NCBI GenBank assembly: GCA_044237325.1 | Contig: JBIIFN010000001.1 | Location: 1 to 47,184 of the forward strand | DNA from: Algoriphagus sp. | Lineage (GTDB): Bacteria > Bacteroidota > Bacteroidia > Cytophagales > Cyclobacteriaceae | Direction: 5' to 3' | DNA length: 47,184 nucleotides | In this document: positions 17,895-28,095 of the stretch, in pieces | How the letters are laid out: each line of letters starts with the position of its first letter | Position numbering within the stretch: position 1 is the stretch's first letter | Notes under the pieces: generated by a model | The model's database searches: none | What the model was told of the DNA's origin: nothing | The model's input: only the letters and a program-made list of their open reading frames with translations | Made by a program: the position numbers and the translations under genes

Positions 17895-20372
17895 TTATTC
17901 GGCTGGCTTGGTTTCGGCGCTAAAGGTAAAACGCAAAGGTTGTGCGACCTTTTCCGAGCTCAGGGCCAAGGCCAATACCTCGTCTACGTTGCTCACGTAG
18001 TGGAACTGGATGCCTTTTAGGTAATGTGCATCAATCTCTTCGATGTCTCGCAAGTTCTTTTTGCACAGGATGATTTCTTTGATTCCGGCGCGCTTGGCGG
18101 CCAAAATTTTCTCTTTGATTCCGCCCACAGGCATCACCTTGCCGATCAAGCTGATCTCTCCTGTCATGGCGACTTTTGCCTTTACCTTCCGCTGCGTATA
18201 CACCGAGGCCATGGCAGTGAGCATGGTAATGCCTGCCGATGGTCCATCCTTGGGTACCGCCCCTGCAGGCACGTGGATATGGAGGTCGTATTGTTCAAAG
18301 ACACGGTGATCGATGGACAAAAATTCAGCCTTGGCTTTCAAGTACGAAAGTGCCGTCATGGCCGACTCCTTCATTACATCACCTAGCTGCCCAGAGAGCG
18401 TCAACTTGCCTCTACCTCGGCTGAGGCTGGACTCGATGAACAATATCTCTCCACCGACACTAGTCCAGGCAAGGCCCGTAACCACTCCTGCGACGCTATT
18501 GTCTTGGTACATTTCCTTGTCAAAGATCTCTGCACCCAAGATTTTTCGAACGGCTTCAGGCGTGATTTTCGGTGAGTACTCCTCCTCCATCGCGATGGAC
18601 TTGGCCACGTTACGCACCACCTTGCCGATGGCACGCTCGAGACTTCTCACCCCTGATTCGCGCGTGTAATCTTCGATCAACTTCTGCAAAGCCCCCTTTT
18701 CGAAGGTGATGTCTTTGGCTTTCAAGCCATGCTCCTTGCGCTGCTTGGATACGAGGTGACGCTTGGCAATCTCCAGCTTTTCCTCCTGGGTATAGCCCGA
18801 TACTTCGATGATTTCCATGCGGTCCCTTAGGGCAGGCTGTATGCTGTCCAGGGAGTTAGCGGTGGCGATGAAGAGCACCTTGCTGAGGTCGTATTCTACC
18901 TCGAGGTAGTTGTCCAGGAAGGCACTGTTTTGTTCGGGATCCAATACTTCCAAAAACGCAGAAGAAGGATCGCCTCTAAAGTCGGAGGAAAGCTTGTCGA
19001 TCTCGTCCAGCACAAAGACTGGGTTGGAGATCTTTACTTTTTTCATGTTTTGAATCACCTTGCCGGGCATGGCACCGACGTAGGTTTTGCGGTGCCCACG
19101 GATCTCTGCTTCGTCGTGTAGGCCACCCAAGGACATGCGTACGTACTTGCGTCCCAAGGCTGCAGCAATGGACTTGCCGAGGGAAGTTTTACCGACGCCT
19201 GGAGGGCCATACAAACAAAGAATCGGGCCTTTGAGGTCATTTTTTAGTTTCAATACCGCAAGGTATTCGATGATACGGTCCTTGACTTTTTCAAGTCCAA
19301 AGTGGTCCGCATCCAGTATTTCTCGCGCATGCTTGAGGTTAAAGTTGTCCTGCGTAAACTCATTCCAAGGCAGCTCCACCAGTGTTTCTGCGTAGTTGAG
19401 TGCAATGGGATATTCTGCAGCGGAGGGATTGATACGTAAGATTTTGTCCAGCTCCTTTTCAAAATGCTTTTTAACATCGGCAGGCCAAGCTTTGAGTGCT
19501 CCTTTGGCACGCAGGTCCTCGACTTCTTTTTCAGGTCCTTCTTCGCCAAGTTCGGTTTGGAGAACTTTCATCTGCTGGCGCAGAAAATAGTCGCGCTGCT
19601 GCTGGTCGATGTCGGTATGTACTTTTTTGTGGATTTCAGACTTCAACTCCAGCATTTGGATGTCTTTCATCATAAACTCCAAGAGCAGGGTGGCTCGTTC
19701 CTCTCCGTCGTTGATTTCGAGGAGGCGCTGCTTTGACTCTACTGGCGCATTGATGTTTGACGATAAAAAGTGGGTGAGAAAAGCAGGGTTATCGATATTG
19801 TCCAAAGCGACCTGCGCCTCTCTGGGAATTTCTGGGTTGAGGTGAAGAATTTTGACGGCGGCATCCTTTAGGGATTCCTCCATCGCTTTTATCTTTTTGG
19901 AGTTTTTGGGAAAATTCTCCTCCAAGTAATCCACCTTGGCCATGAAGTAGGGGTCGTCTGTGACTTGCTCTCGGATGCCAAAGCGCTTTTTACCTTGAAT
20001 GATGATGGTGGTATTGCCGTCTGGCAGCACGATCATTTTGATGATTTTGGCCAGCGTACCTACCTGGTACAAATCCTCCCAGGTGGGATCGTCTTGGTTG
20101 GCGTTGATCTGCGCACACACACCGATGAGCTTGTTGCCCTTGTGAGCTTTTTTCACAAGGCGAATGGACCGCTGTCTACCTACGGTGATGGGAATGACTA
20201 CTCCTGGAAACAACACCGTGTTGCGCACCGAAAGAATAGGTATCTCCTCTTCAAGCGCTTCACTACCCGTGGACTCATCCTCTTCCTCGGTGATCAACTG
20301 AATCAGATCTCCTTCACCGGCGTAGTCGCCGTTCATCATGCTATGGAATAGTGCGTTTTCGAATTGGCTCAT
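17895..20372 (-). CDS. lon: Endopeptidase La (Lon)
   Basis: LON N-domain, GPPGVGKTS, LDEIDK, PKDGPSAG, GGIKEK. Confidence 0.98.
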   Translation of the reverse strand: MSQFENALFHSMMNGDYAGEGDLIQLITEEEDESTGSEALEEEIPILSVRNTVLFPGVVIPITVGRQRSIRLVKKAHKGNKLIGVCAQINANQDDPTWEDLYQVGTLAKIIKMIVLPDGNTTIIIQGKKRFGIREQVTDDPYFMAKVDYLEENFPKNSKKIKAMEESLKDAAVKILHLNPEIPREAQVALDNIDNPAFLTHFLSSNINAPVESKQRLLEINDGEERATLLLEFMMKDIQMLELKSEIHKKVHTDIDQQQRDYFLRQQMKVLQTELGEEGPEKEVEDLRAKGALKAWPADVKKHFEKELDKILRINPSAAEYPIALNYAETLVELPWNEFTQDNFNLKHAREILDADHFGLEKVKDRIIEYLAVLKLKNDLKGPILCLYGPPGVGKTSLGKSIAAALGRKYVRMSLGGLHDEAEIRGHRKTYVGAMPGKVIQNMKKVKISNPVFVLDEIDKLSSDFRGDPSSAFLEVLDPEQNSAFLDNYLEVEYDLSKVLFIATANSLDSIQPALRDRMEIIEVSGYTQEEKLEIAKRHLVSKQRKEHGLKAKDITFEKGALQKLIEDYTRESGVRSLERAIGKVVRNVAKSIAMEEEYSPKITPEAVRKILGAEIFDKEMYQDNSVAGVVTGLAWTSVGGEILFIESSLSRGRGKLTLSGQLGDVMKESAMTALSYLKAKAEFLSIDHRVFEQYDLHIHVPAGAVPKDGPSAGITMLTAMASVYTQRKVKAKVAMTGEISLIGKVMPVGGIKEKILAAKRAGIKEIILCKKNLRDIEEIDAHYLKGIQFHYVSNVDEVLALALSSEKVAQPLRFTFSAETKPAE

Positions 20373-20418
20373 AAAGGACAGTTTGACAGCAACACTGTCA
20401 GGGATTAACTAAAATAAA

Positions 20419-20449
20419 GGAAGAACCTAGAGTAGATCTAGGTTCTTCC
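20419..20449 (-). terminator. Perfect 13-bp hairpin, likely rseP terminator
   Basis: GGAAGAACCTAGA-N5-TCTAGGTTCTTCC followed by TTTATTTT on the minus strand. Confidence 0.7.
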
Positions 20450-20455
20450 AACAGG

Positions 20456-20471
20456 TTCAATTGAAATGCCA
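20456..20471 (-). promoter_or_regulatory. Sigma54-like -24/-12 promoter candidate for lon
   Basis: Minus strand TGGCATTTCAATTGAA matches TGGCA-N6-TTG(C) spacing, with GA instead of GC at -12. Confidence 0.4.
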
Positions 20472-20500
20472 GAAATTAACTGGCCAATTTGACAGACGGG

Positions 20501-21814
20501 TTAAAAAATCAACTTGATGATGTCGTTACCTATGGCAAATACCATCAAGCCCAACAGGATGACCATGCCAACTTTTTGTGCATATTCCAAAAACTTGTCT
20601 GAAGGGGCACGTCCAGAAACCATTTCATACAGCAAAAAGACCACGTGACCACCATCCAATGCAGGGATCGGCAGCAAGTTCATGAAGGCCAAAATCATGG
20701 AGATTAGACCGGTGATGCTCCAAAATTTCACCCAATCCCAGCGGTCACCGTAGATCTGCGCCATTCCGATAGGACCACTGACATTTTTGGTCGATACTTC
20801 ACCCGTAAACATTTTGCCTAGGGCCTTCGCATTGATGATCACTGCCCCAAATGCACGGGCGGTGCCTTTTCCAAAAGATTCAGAAAAACTGTAGTCTCGC
20901 TTTACAGGTTCAATCAAAGGATTGACAGCAATTCCGATGCGTGCCTCGTCTGTAACGGCTACGCTGAGGGTATCTAGGACAGTTCCTCGCTGACGAACCA
21001 GCGTCACAGGCTTGTTTTTTGCCTGCTGCAAAGCCGTCTGCATCTCGTCAAAATAAGTGATTGGACTTCCGTTGACAGAAACAATCTTATCTCCTGTCGC
21101 AATCCCTGCAGCTTCTGCTCCGCTACCTGGATCTACAGCGCCAACTTCAAATGGAAAGCGCACGGCGATGAACTTACTAAAGGATTCCTCTGAATTGAAG
21201 GTATTGATGAATCCTCTAGGGATCTCCACTTTCACTTGCTGACCGGCACGCTCTACGGTATAGTAGCCGTTTTCGCTAAGTAAGGCTGAGCCGCTGCTGA
21301 GTTCGCTGATGCTTTGGTAGGGCTGTCCGTTGATATCCAAGACCTTGTCACCTGTTTTAAAGCCGATTGCTTCGCCGTATTCGTAAGCTACGATACCATT
21401 TTCAATCACCTGATCTCTGGAGAAGTAGGTCTCCCCATTAGAATAAACCAAAGTGACAAAAATGATGATACCCGTGATGACGTTGACAATAATTCCTCCC
21501 AGCATCACGATGAGTCGCTGCCAGGCTGGCTTGGCACGAAACTCCCAAGGCTGCGGCTCGGAAGCAAGTTGGGCAGTGTCCATGGACTCGTCCACCATGC
21601 CGGAAATCTTAACGAAACCTCCTAGTGGAATTGCGCCAATGGAATATTCTGTTTCTCCCCATTGGAAACCAATGATTTTTGGCGGAAAGCCGATAGAGAA
21701 TTTTTCGACACGCATGCCAAATAGCTTGGCGGTAAGCAAGTGCCCCAGCTCGTGAAGGCCCACCAGGATTGATAATCCGAGGATGAGCTGGCCCACCATA
21801 ATTAAGGTTTCCAT
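20501..21814 (-). CDS. rseP: RIP metalloprotease RseP
   Basis: HELGH, PLGGFVKI, two PDZ-like segments, NLLPIPALDGGH. Confidence 0.96.
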   Translation of the reverse strand: METLIMVGQLILGLSILVGLHELGHLLTAKLFGMRVEKFSIGFPPKIIGFQWGETEYSIGAIPLGGFVKISGMVDESMDTAQLASEPQPWEFRAKPAWQRLIVMLGGIIVNVITGIIIFVTLVYSNGETYFSRDQVIENGIVAYEYGEAIGFKTGDKVLDINGQPYQSISELSSGSALLSENGYYTVERAGQQVKVEIPRGFINTFNSEESFSKFIAVRFPFEVGAVDPGSGAEAAGIATGDKIVSVNGSPITYFDEMQTALQQAKNKPVTLVRQRGTVLDTLSVAVTDEARIGIAVNPLIEPVKRDYSFSESFGKGTARAFGAVIINAKALGKMFTGEVSTKNVSGPIGMAQIYGDRWDWVKFWSITGLISMILAFMNLLPIPALDGGHVVFLLYEMVSGRAPSDKFLEYAQKVGMVILLGLMVFAIGNDIIKLIF

Positions 21815-21815
21815 G

Positions 21816-22982
21816 TTATTTTCTTGACTTTAGTAAGTTGTATGTTAGTTCTCTTGCTTTGCGGTCTGTTTCGATATAGTCCTCTAATTGGGGCTTCGCC
21901 AAAAATTCAGACCGAGACAAAGTTTCTTCGATGAGGTCAGACATTTCCAAAAATCCTACTTGACGGTTGAGGAAGGCTTCTACTGCTACCTCGTTGGCTG
22001 CATTCAGCACACAGGGGGCATTACCTCCCGTGGCGAGCGCGTCAAAGGCGAGTTGCAAGTTACGAAACGTCTCTTTATCGGGTTGCTCGAAGGTCAATTG
22101 GGGATAGTTGGCAAAGTTGAATCGCTCGAAATTACTTTTCAAGCGGTCTGGGTAACTCAAGGCAAATTGAATGGGGATACGCATGTCGGGCAGGCCGAGT
22201 TGCGCTTTTAGGGATCCATCTTCAAACTGCACCAACGAGTGTACGATACTTTGGGGATGCACCACCACATCAATCTGTTCCGTCTTTAGTCCAAAAAGCC
22301 ATTTGGCTTCGATGACTTCCAGACCCTTATTCATTAGTGATGCCGAGTCAATGGTGATTTTGGCTCCCATCTCCCAGTTGGGATGCTTGAGCGCCTGCTC
22401 CCGGGTCACCGATGCCAAAAAGGCGCGGTCCTTGCCACGGAAGGGCCCGCCCGAAGCGGTAAGGATGATTTTCTCGATGGGGTTGTGAAATTCTCCCACG
22501 AGGCACTGGAAAATGGCTGAATGCTCCGAATCTACTGGGTAGATATTAACGCCATGTTGCTTTGCAAGGGCGGTGATCAACTCCCCTGCCACCACCAAGG
22601 TCTCCTTGTTGGCTAGGGCAATCTGCTTACCGGCACGGATAGCATGCACGGTAGGAATCAATCCAGAATAGCCCACCAAGGCGGTGAGCACCACGTCAAT
22701 GGTATCCATTTCCACTACTTGGGCAATGGATTTTTGGCCGGTAAATACTTTGATGTCCGCAGCTGCTAAAGCTTCCTTCACTTGGGTATAGTAGGCCTCG
22801 TTGCCGATCACTACGGCATTGGGAACAAACTCCAAGGCTTGAGCGATCAAGAGCTCGCAATTATTTTGCGCAGTAAGTACTTCTACGGTAAACATTTCGG
22901 GATGCTGTCTGATCACATCGAGTGTTTGCGTGCCGATGCTTCCAGTACTACCCAAAATTGCTACGCGTTTGGTTTCTGTCAT
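21816..22982 (-). CDS. dxr: 1-deoxy-D-xylulose-5-phosphate reductoisomerase
   Basis: LGSTGSIG, LANKETLV, PVDSEHSA, TASGGPF, HPNWEMG, NKGLEVIEA. Confidence 0.98.
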   Translation of the reverse strand: MTETKRVAILGSTGSIGTQTLDVIRQHPEMFTVEVLTAQNNCELLIAQALEFVPNAVVIGNEAYYTQVKEALAAADIKVFTGQKSIAQVVEMDTIDVVLTALVGYSGLIPTVHAIRAGKQIALANKETLVVAGELITALAKQHGVNIYPVDSEHSAIFQCLVGEFHNPIEKIILTASGGPFRGKDRAFLASVTREQALKHPNWEMGAKITIDSASLMNKGLEVIEAKWLFGLKTEQIDVVVHPQSIVHSLVQFEDGSLKAQLGLPDMRIPIQFALSYPDRLKSNFERFNFANYPQLTFEQPDKETFRNLQLAFDALATGGNAPCVLNAANEVAVEAFLNRQVGFLEMSDLIEETLSRSEFLAKPQLEDYIETDRKARELTYNLLKSRK

Positions 22983-23196
22983 GTAGGTGATGCTGAATCC
23001 ACTAAACCACCCCGCTGCAGGAAGGTTGTGAACTCGGCTGACAAAAATACCAATTGGGCTGAATTTTCAGGTACATCTCGTCAGATTTTACCTCTTGGAC
23101 TAGTTTTTGTCTGGATTTTTTTGTCAAATTTTCATAAAAATTGGGAAGAAATACGCCTAACTCCGTTTTCCTACCAAACAAGCATAACCTCAGCCC

Positions 23197-24630
23197 ATGC
23201 AGCACTTATTAAAAACTATCGGTATCCCCTTTGTCGCCGGCTTGGCTGGCGCAGCACTTTGGACCAGCCTGTTTTTACCTTCGGAAAAAGGCCTGTTTGA
23301 CAGCCCTGATACACGCAGCCTACCGGTGCAGTTTTCGGCCTTTTCTACGCCAAAAACCACTATACAAACCCCCAATTCCTTTACTGAAGCCTCACAAAGC
23401 AGTACGGGGTCGGTGGTTTTTATAAAAAATTTCAGTGGCACCGACTACCGGCGGTACAGCATGTTTGACTACTTTTTTGGCACTACACCGAGCTCCCAAG
23501 TGAGCACTGGCTCGGGTGTCATTTTATCAAAAGATGGCTATATCATCACCAATGCCCACGTGATTGAGCGGGCGGAAACGCTTGAGGTGGTGCACCAAAA
23601 ACGTACTTACCAAGCCAAACTGGTTGGTATAGACAAGAATACCGACATCGCAGTCTTGAAAATAGAAGCGCAAAACCTGCCAGAGATCAAGCTTGGGTCT
23701 AGCCGCAACCTACAGATTGGGGAATGGGTCCTTGCGGTGGGCAATCCGTTCAACCTCACCTCCACCGTCACTGCTGGTATCGTCTCCGCCAAGGAGCGAC
23801 AAATCAATATTCTAGGGGGCGACTTTCCGTTGGAAAGTTTCATCCAAACCGATGCACCCATCAATCCGGGCAACTCGGGTGGTGCCTTGGTGAATGTGCG
23901 TGGAGAGCTGGTCGGAATCAACACGGCCATCCTGTCTCGAACGGGTTCCTATACCGGCTATGGGTTTGCAGTGCCTGTGGATATAGCGGTGAAAGTAGCC
24001 AATGACCTCATTCAGCACGGGGAAGTTCAAAAGGCTGTTCCAGGTGTAGAGGTAGACGAAATCACGCCAGAACTTGCAAAAGAGATGGGGCTCAACAGCC
24101 TGGAGGGAGTGGTAGTTACCCGCGTAGTGAAAGATGGGGCGGCAGAGAAATCCGGTCTCCAAAAAAATGACCTTATCACTCAAATCGGCGACTGGAAAAT
24201 CACGGGTAAGGGGAGTTTTGAAGAAGCACTATCCTATTACTATCCAGGCGACCAGGTGAATGTAGGCTTTCAGCGAAGCGGCAAACTTGAGGTAGCCTCG
24301 CTGACCCTTCAAAACCTAGAAGGGGGCACAGGCATCAGCAAACGCGTGTTTTACAGTTCTGAGCTGCTCGGCGCACGCCTGGAATCCATCAATGCCATCG
24401 ACAAGGATAGGCTCAAACTTAGCTATGGCGTGAAGATCGCCACACTTACCAACGGGTACTTGAGGGATCTAGGCTTCCGAGAGGGATTTGTGATCACCCA
24501 TGTCAATGAGATGCCTGCCAAAGACCCAAAAGTATTGGGACCTTATTTGGAAAAATTCAGCGGCCGCCTGGTGTTAGAGGGTGTTTCGCCTAATGGGCAG
24601 CCCTTTACCCAAAGTTATCAGGTGAGGTAA
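23197..24630 (+). CDS. Second HtrA/DegP family serine protease
   Basis: GSGVIL, TNAHV, DIAVLKI, GNSGGALVN, PDZ domain. Confidence 0.94.
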   Translation: MQHLLKTIGIPFVAGLAGAALWTSLFLPSEKGLFDSPDTRSLPVQFSAFSTPKTTIQTPNSFTEASQSSTGSVVFIKNFSGTDYRRYSMFDYFFGTTPSSQVSTGSGVILSKDGYIITNAHVIERAETLEVVHQKRTYQAKLVGIDKNTDIAVLKIEAQNLPEIKLGSSRNLQIGEWVLAVGNPFNLTSTVTAGIVSAKERQINILGGDFPLESFIQTDAPINPGNSGGALVNVRGELVGINTAILSRTGSYTGYGFAVPVDIAVKVANDLIQHGEVQKAVPGVEVDEITPELAKEMGLNSLEGVVVTRVVKDGAAEKSGLQKNDLITQIGDWKITGKGSFEEALSYYYPGDQVNVGFQRSGKLEVASLTLQNLEGGTGISKRVFYSSELLGARLESINAIDKDRLKLSYGVKIATLTNGYLRDLGFREGFVITHVNEMPAKDPKVLGPYLEKFSGRLVLEGVSPNGQPFTQSYQVR

Positions 24631-24633
24631 AAG

Positions 24634-24661
24634 TGTCCACGGTCGACGGTCCACTGTCCAC
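24634..24661. repeat. Four imperfect 7-nt tandem repeats
   Basis: TGTCCAC GGTCGAC GGTCCAC TGTCCAC directly after the stop codon. Confidence 0.6.
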
Positions 24662-24666
24662 AGCTC

Positions 24667-24714
24667 ATTGAATTGATCCCCAAACTTAGACTAAGGTTTG
24701 GGGCTTAATTCAAT
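24667..24714. terminator. Long hairpin between convergent genes (candidate bidirectional terminator)
   Basis: ATTGAATT..CCCCAAAC / GTTTGGGG..AATTCAAT imperfect inverted repeat. Confidence 0.55.
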
Positions 24715-24766
24715 CTGAAATAAATCAGCGTATTTTTTCGGATTAGATCTGCGTAAAAAAAGTTTG

Positions 24767-25819
24767 TTACCTGAATAGAAATCCAGAAGGGCCTCGACCA
24801 ACCGTTAGTTTATTGACTTCTGCACCTGACTTTTGGTAGACCATAACCTCCCCATTGCCTTGGAATCCTTTGGCATTGGCGAGGTAAACTTGCTGAGCAT
24901 CGGAGTCATAGCCGATTCCATAGAAGCCCGATCCTTTTTTCCAATCGGATACCAAAATACCAGAACCAATATTTACTACAGAGATCGCGTCTTTGTAGTC
25001 TGGCCATCCCGAACTCGTCAACACATAGATGGTATCGCCATCCCCTTTTGCGATGCGTCCCGTAGCCTGGGCAATAGGAAAGGTGCGGATTTGCTTTTGG
25101 CTTAGTCCACTTTTGGAGATGGAAACGAAATAGACTTTCTGGGCATCGTAGCAAAATACCCAAAGGTCACCATTCAACTCAAAAAACTGAACCGGCTGGC
25201 CAGGCATATCCAAGGTTTTGAATGGAAGTTCAGCGTTGGCATCCAGGACCTCCACCTTATTGCCTTCAGAACCCGCTACAAATACATACGACCCAAAGGC
25301 GTAGAGGTCTTCAGGTTTGCTGGAAACAGGGATCTTTTTTTTCACTTCTCCCCCGTCCAAACCTTGCACCACGGCTACGTAAGAGGAGGGCGTATTGTAA
25401 TTGGCATCGTAGGGCCCATAATCCGAAATAAACAACTTGCCACGAGCAGTAGCGACCGATCGGGGTTGGTCCAGACCCTTATCCACTGCACCGATGGATT
25501 TAAAATCTCCAGGCTGTACCACCTCCACTTTACCCGTATTCGCTACCAAATACAGCCGATCCTCCTCCAAGACTAGGTCCTCCAAAAGGCCAGCAAAAGG
25601 CCGCCCATTGGCTTTTTCAAATACTGAAGGAGTGAGCGTCCCAGTACTTGGGTCTAGGTGAGTTACTTCTCCGTCATTGGCCCCAAAAGCCCCTTCATTC
25701 ATTATCAGAATTCCGGTATCGTATACCCCAAGTGGGCGTTCATCGGTCGTTGGGTCGCAGGCTGTAAAAGTCAGGGCCAACACAAAAAGTACCAGAGTAA
25801 AATTGCTGAATTGGATCAT
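24767..25819 (-). CDS. btuG: Surface lipoprotein, YncE-like beta-propeller, BtuG-like cobalamin-binding protein
   Basis: Lipobox LTFTAC followed by acidic residues; NEGAFG motif; propeller repeats; 4-nt overlap with the TonB receptor under a B12 riboswitch. Confidence 0.75.
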   Translation of the reverse strand: MIQFSNFTLVLFVLALTFTACDPTTDERPLGVYDTGILIMNEGAFGANDGEVTHLDPSTGTLTPSVFEKANGRPFAGLLEDLVLEEDRLYLVANTGKVEVVQPGDFKSIGAVDKGLDQPRSVATARGKLFISDYGPYDANYNTPSSYVAVVQGLDGGEVKKKIPVSSKPEDLYAFGSYVFVAGSEGNKVEVLDANAELPFKTLDMPGQPVQFFELNGDLWVFCYDAQKVYFVSISKSGLSQKQIRTFPIAQATGRIAKGDGDTIYVLTSSGWPDYKDAISVVNIGSGILVSDWKKGSGFYGIGYDSDAQQVYLANAKGFQGNGEVMVYQKSGAEVNKLTVGRGPSGFLFR

Positions 25820-27654
25820 AGGGTAAGCGTTAGATTAAGTTGGTAGGAACGTCCGGGCATAGCCCGTAGGTAGAGTACTTGGTAGGATTGATTGAATACA
25901 TTGAGGACTTGAAACCGCAGGGGCATTTGCAGCGATTTCCACTTGGTTCCGGAATAAGTAAGTCCCAAGTTGCCGAGCGCAAAACCTTCCAGAATCCGAG
26001 AATTTCCCGAAGCAATACTGCGTGGCCCCACATAGAAACCCGATAGATCAAGGGCAAAATCGTCTCGTTTTATCTGCAGTCCCGCATTTCCTTGATGCTT
26101 GGGGCTGTAGGGAAGTTGCTGCGATCCTTCTTGTGCTAAGTCACGCGTACTGGAATAGGTATAGCTGATATTGGCTTGCCAGTTCCAGTGGCCCGTAGTC
26201 CAGGAACTCTCGCCTTGGTATTCCAACCCTTGATTGTGCACCTCTCGGATATTTTCCGGAGTCCATAAAATGCCTTTGGGGAGCCAAATAATCCAATCAT
26301 CCACCTGCATTCGGTAATAGGTCAGGCGCTGAGACCAAGAAAAATTCCCCGTTTGCTTGAGTTGAAAACCAACTTCTCCATTTTGGCTTTTCTCAGGCCG
26401 GAGATTGGGATTTCCTCCCGGCTCCCAGTAGCGATCATTGAGCGTCGGCAGTTTCAGCCCAAGCCCAAATGCCGTTTTGAGGTAAAGGCTGGTTCGGTCA
26501 CTTTCAAAAAGCATCCAGTCCAATCCTAGACCAGGTAGAAAGGGAACGAGTTCCTTTGGATAGGCCAGTTGGCGTAGATTTAGGGAAACCGAGATCCGCT
26601 CTCCTTCCTGCCAACCCAAACTCTGGTAGGCTTCCCAGCGCTGCTCTGTGGCGGTGTAAGTACTCAAGTCAGCATTCATCCAAGTGCAACGCACACCCGC
26701 TCGCATAGCCCAATTTCCAGCCGACGGGAGTTCCCAATCGAGCCCAAGCAAGCCTTGCCTAGTTTGATTTTCTTCTGCGTTAAATTGAAGTTGATCCGCC
26801 ACCCAGGCTCCTTTGAGTTTCCATACCGACGACTTCTTTTGGTAACGGTAGTCTATCACTGCCCGGAAACTTTCGTCAGCTTGTGTATCCTGCGTGCTAC
26901 TTCCAATCAAGGGCTGGATCTCGCGTTGGGCTTGATTCCACCAAAAGGAGGCTTTGACTTGTGCATAGGAAGATGCTTGCCACCAAACATCCTGGAGTAC
27001 ACCACGCTGCTTGAAGGCAGCATGAGCTTGGCGCTCCCAAGGGGCTCCTGCTCGGGAAATATCTCGGTAGCGAAAGGTATTGGCTTGGTCCTGATTGTAA
27101 ACCTTGCTTTGAAAACGGAGCCTAGGCTGCCCATACCTGCCTGCAAAGGAGGTTTGGTAGTGACCGAAGCTCCCGATCGTCTGACTAAAGTCCCCACCAA
27201 AGCCCTCCTGCTTTTGAAGGTCAGTAGAAAGGTGCACCGAACCACCGATAGCCTCATTTCCAAAAAGTGCTCCTGCACTTCCAAACTGCACCTCCACCCG
27301 ATCGGTCCCCTGTATCGGAAGGATGCTGAGGTCGGATTGCCCCAGCGAGATACTGTTGATCGGTACCCCATTCCAAAATAGGGCGGTGTGTCCTGGGGAG
27401 GTTCCGCGAAAAGAAGGAGAAGCCAACATGCCGGCTCCGTATTGGCGTACAAAGACCGGAGAAGTTTCTTGCAGCAAATCCCCTAAAGATCGTGCTCCAT
27501 AGCGGGCCAGGCTGGTTTTGTCATAGGTCAGGAGCGTTTGCCCTGCTGCAAATCGATCCAAGGCTGCAGCATGCACGGCCACCTCAGCCAGCGCCACCGT
27601 ATCTTGGGGAGAGGCAAAAGGAAGTACAACTACACACCAAAGGGCAAGAATCAT
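25816..27654 (-). CDS. btuB: TonB-dependent receptor, BtuB-like
   Basis: Plug motifs (SFRGT..HT..WNGVPINS; GNEAIGGSV), GNPNLRPE, C-terminal MPGRSYQLNL; first gene after the riboswitch. ATG 27654 preferred (track uses TTG 27723). Confidence 0.85.
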   Translation of the reverse strand: MILALWCVVVLPFASPQDTVALAEVAVHAAALDRFAAGQTLLTYDKTSLARYGARSLGDLLQETSPVFVRQYGAGMLASPSFRGTSPGHTALFWNGVPINSISLGQSDLSILPIQGTDRVEVQFGSAGALFGNEAIGGSVHLSTDLQKQEGFGGDFSQTIGSFGHYQTSFAGRYGQPRLRFQSKVYNQDQANTFRYRDISRAGAPWERQAHAAFKQRGVLQDVWWQASSYAQVKASFWWNQAQREIQPLIGSSTQDTQADESFRAVIDYRYQKKSSVWKLKGAWVADQLQFNAEENQTRQGLLGLDWELPSAGNWAMRAGVRCTWMNADLSTYTATEQRWEAYQSLGWQEGERISVSLNLRQLAYPKELVPFLPGLGLDWMLFESDRTSLYLKTAFGLGLKLPTLNDRYWEPGGNPNLRPEKSQNGEVGFQLKQTGNFSWSQRLTYYRMQVDDWIIWLPKGILWTPENIREVHNQGLEYQGESSWTTGHWNWQANISYTYSSTRDLAQEGSQQLPYSPKHQGNAGLQIKRDDFALDLSGFYVGPRSIASGNSRILEGFALGNLGLTYSGTKWKSLQMPLRFQVLNVFNQSYQVLYLRAMPGRSYQLNLTLTL

Positions 27655-27789
27655 TGGGCTCCGATTAGAAGGTCTAGTCGAATCCGGCTGTGAAGAAAAA
27701 AAATAGAAATGAAAACCAGCCAATACCCAAATTGGGATAAAGGCATTGTACGCTCCTACATGCTTTTCCTCCGAAAGCTCAGAATCAAT

Positions 27790-27990
27790 GATTAAGGCAG
27801 GTCTCCTGGCTCGTTTGACTTTTTGCTAGCCTTCTCAGTTTCGGCGAAACCAATGGCGGGGGTTGCAAAAGCTTTTCCTAGGTGTTTTCTAGGAAATCAA
27901 ACTTACAGTTGCGGGGACAGCTCCGGTATTGCACCGGATTCCCTTTTAATTCCAAGAACCGAAACGCTCGGGGTGGAAACCAAAATCGAT
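27790..27990 (-). ncRNA. Cobalamin riboswitch
   Basis: Minus strand: AAAAGGGAATCCGGTGCAATACCGGAGCTGTCCCCGCAACTGT ... GCCATTG ... GAGAAGG ... B12 box GAGCCAGGAGACCTGCC. Boundaries approximate. Confidence 0.95.
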
Positions 27991-28095
27991 GTAAATAACG
28001 TACACAAACCCTCCACAAAAAAGGGGGATGATTGTTTATTTTTTTTGAGAGTCTCCCTGCTCCCCGTACCTTGTGGTTCCTATTCCCCTGTTTGG

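Noticed and set aside
27823-28095. 91-aa N-terminal extension of BtuF in the ORF track
   Set aside because: It is the antisense of the cobalamin riboswitch; the lipoprotein signal begins after ATG 28096.
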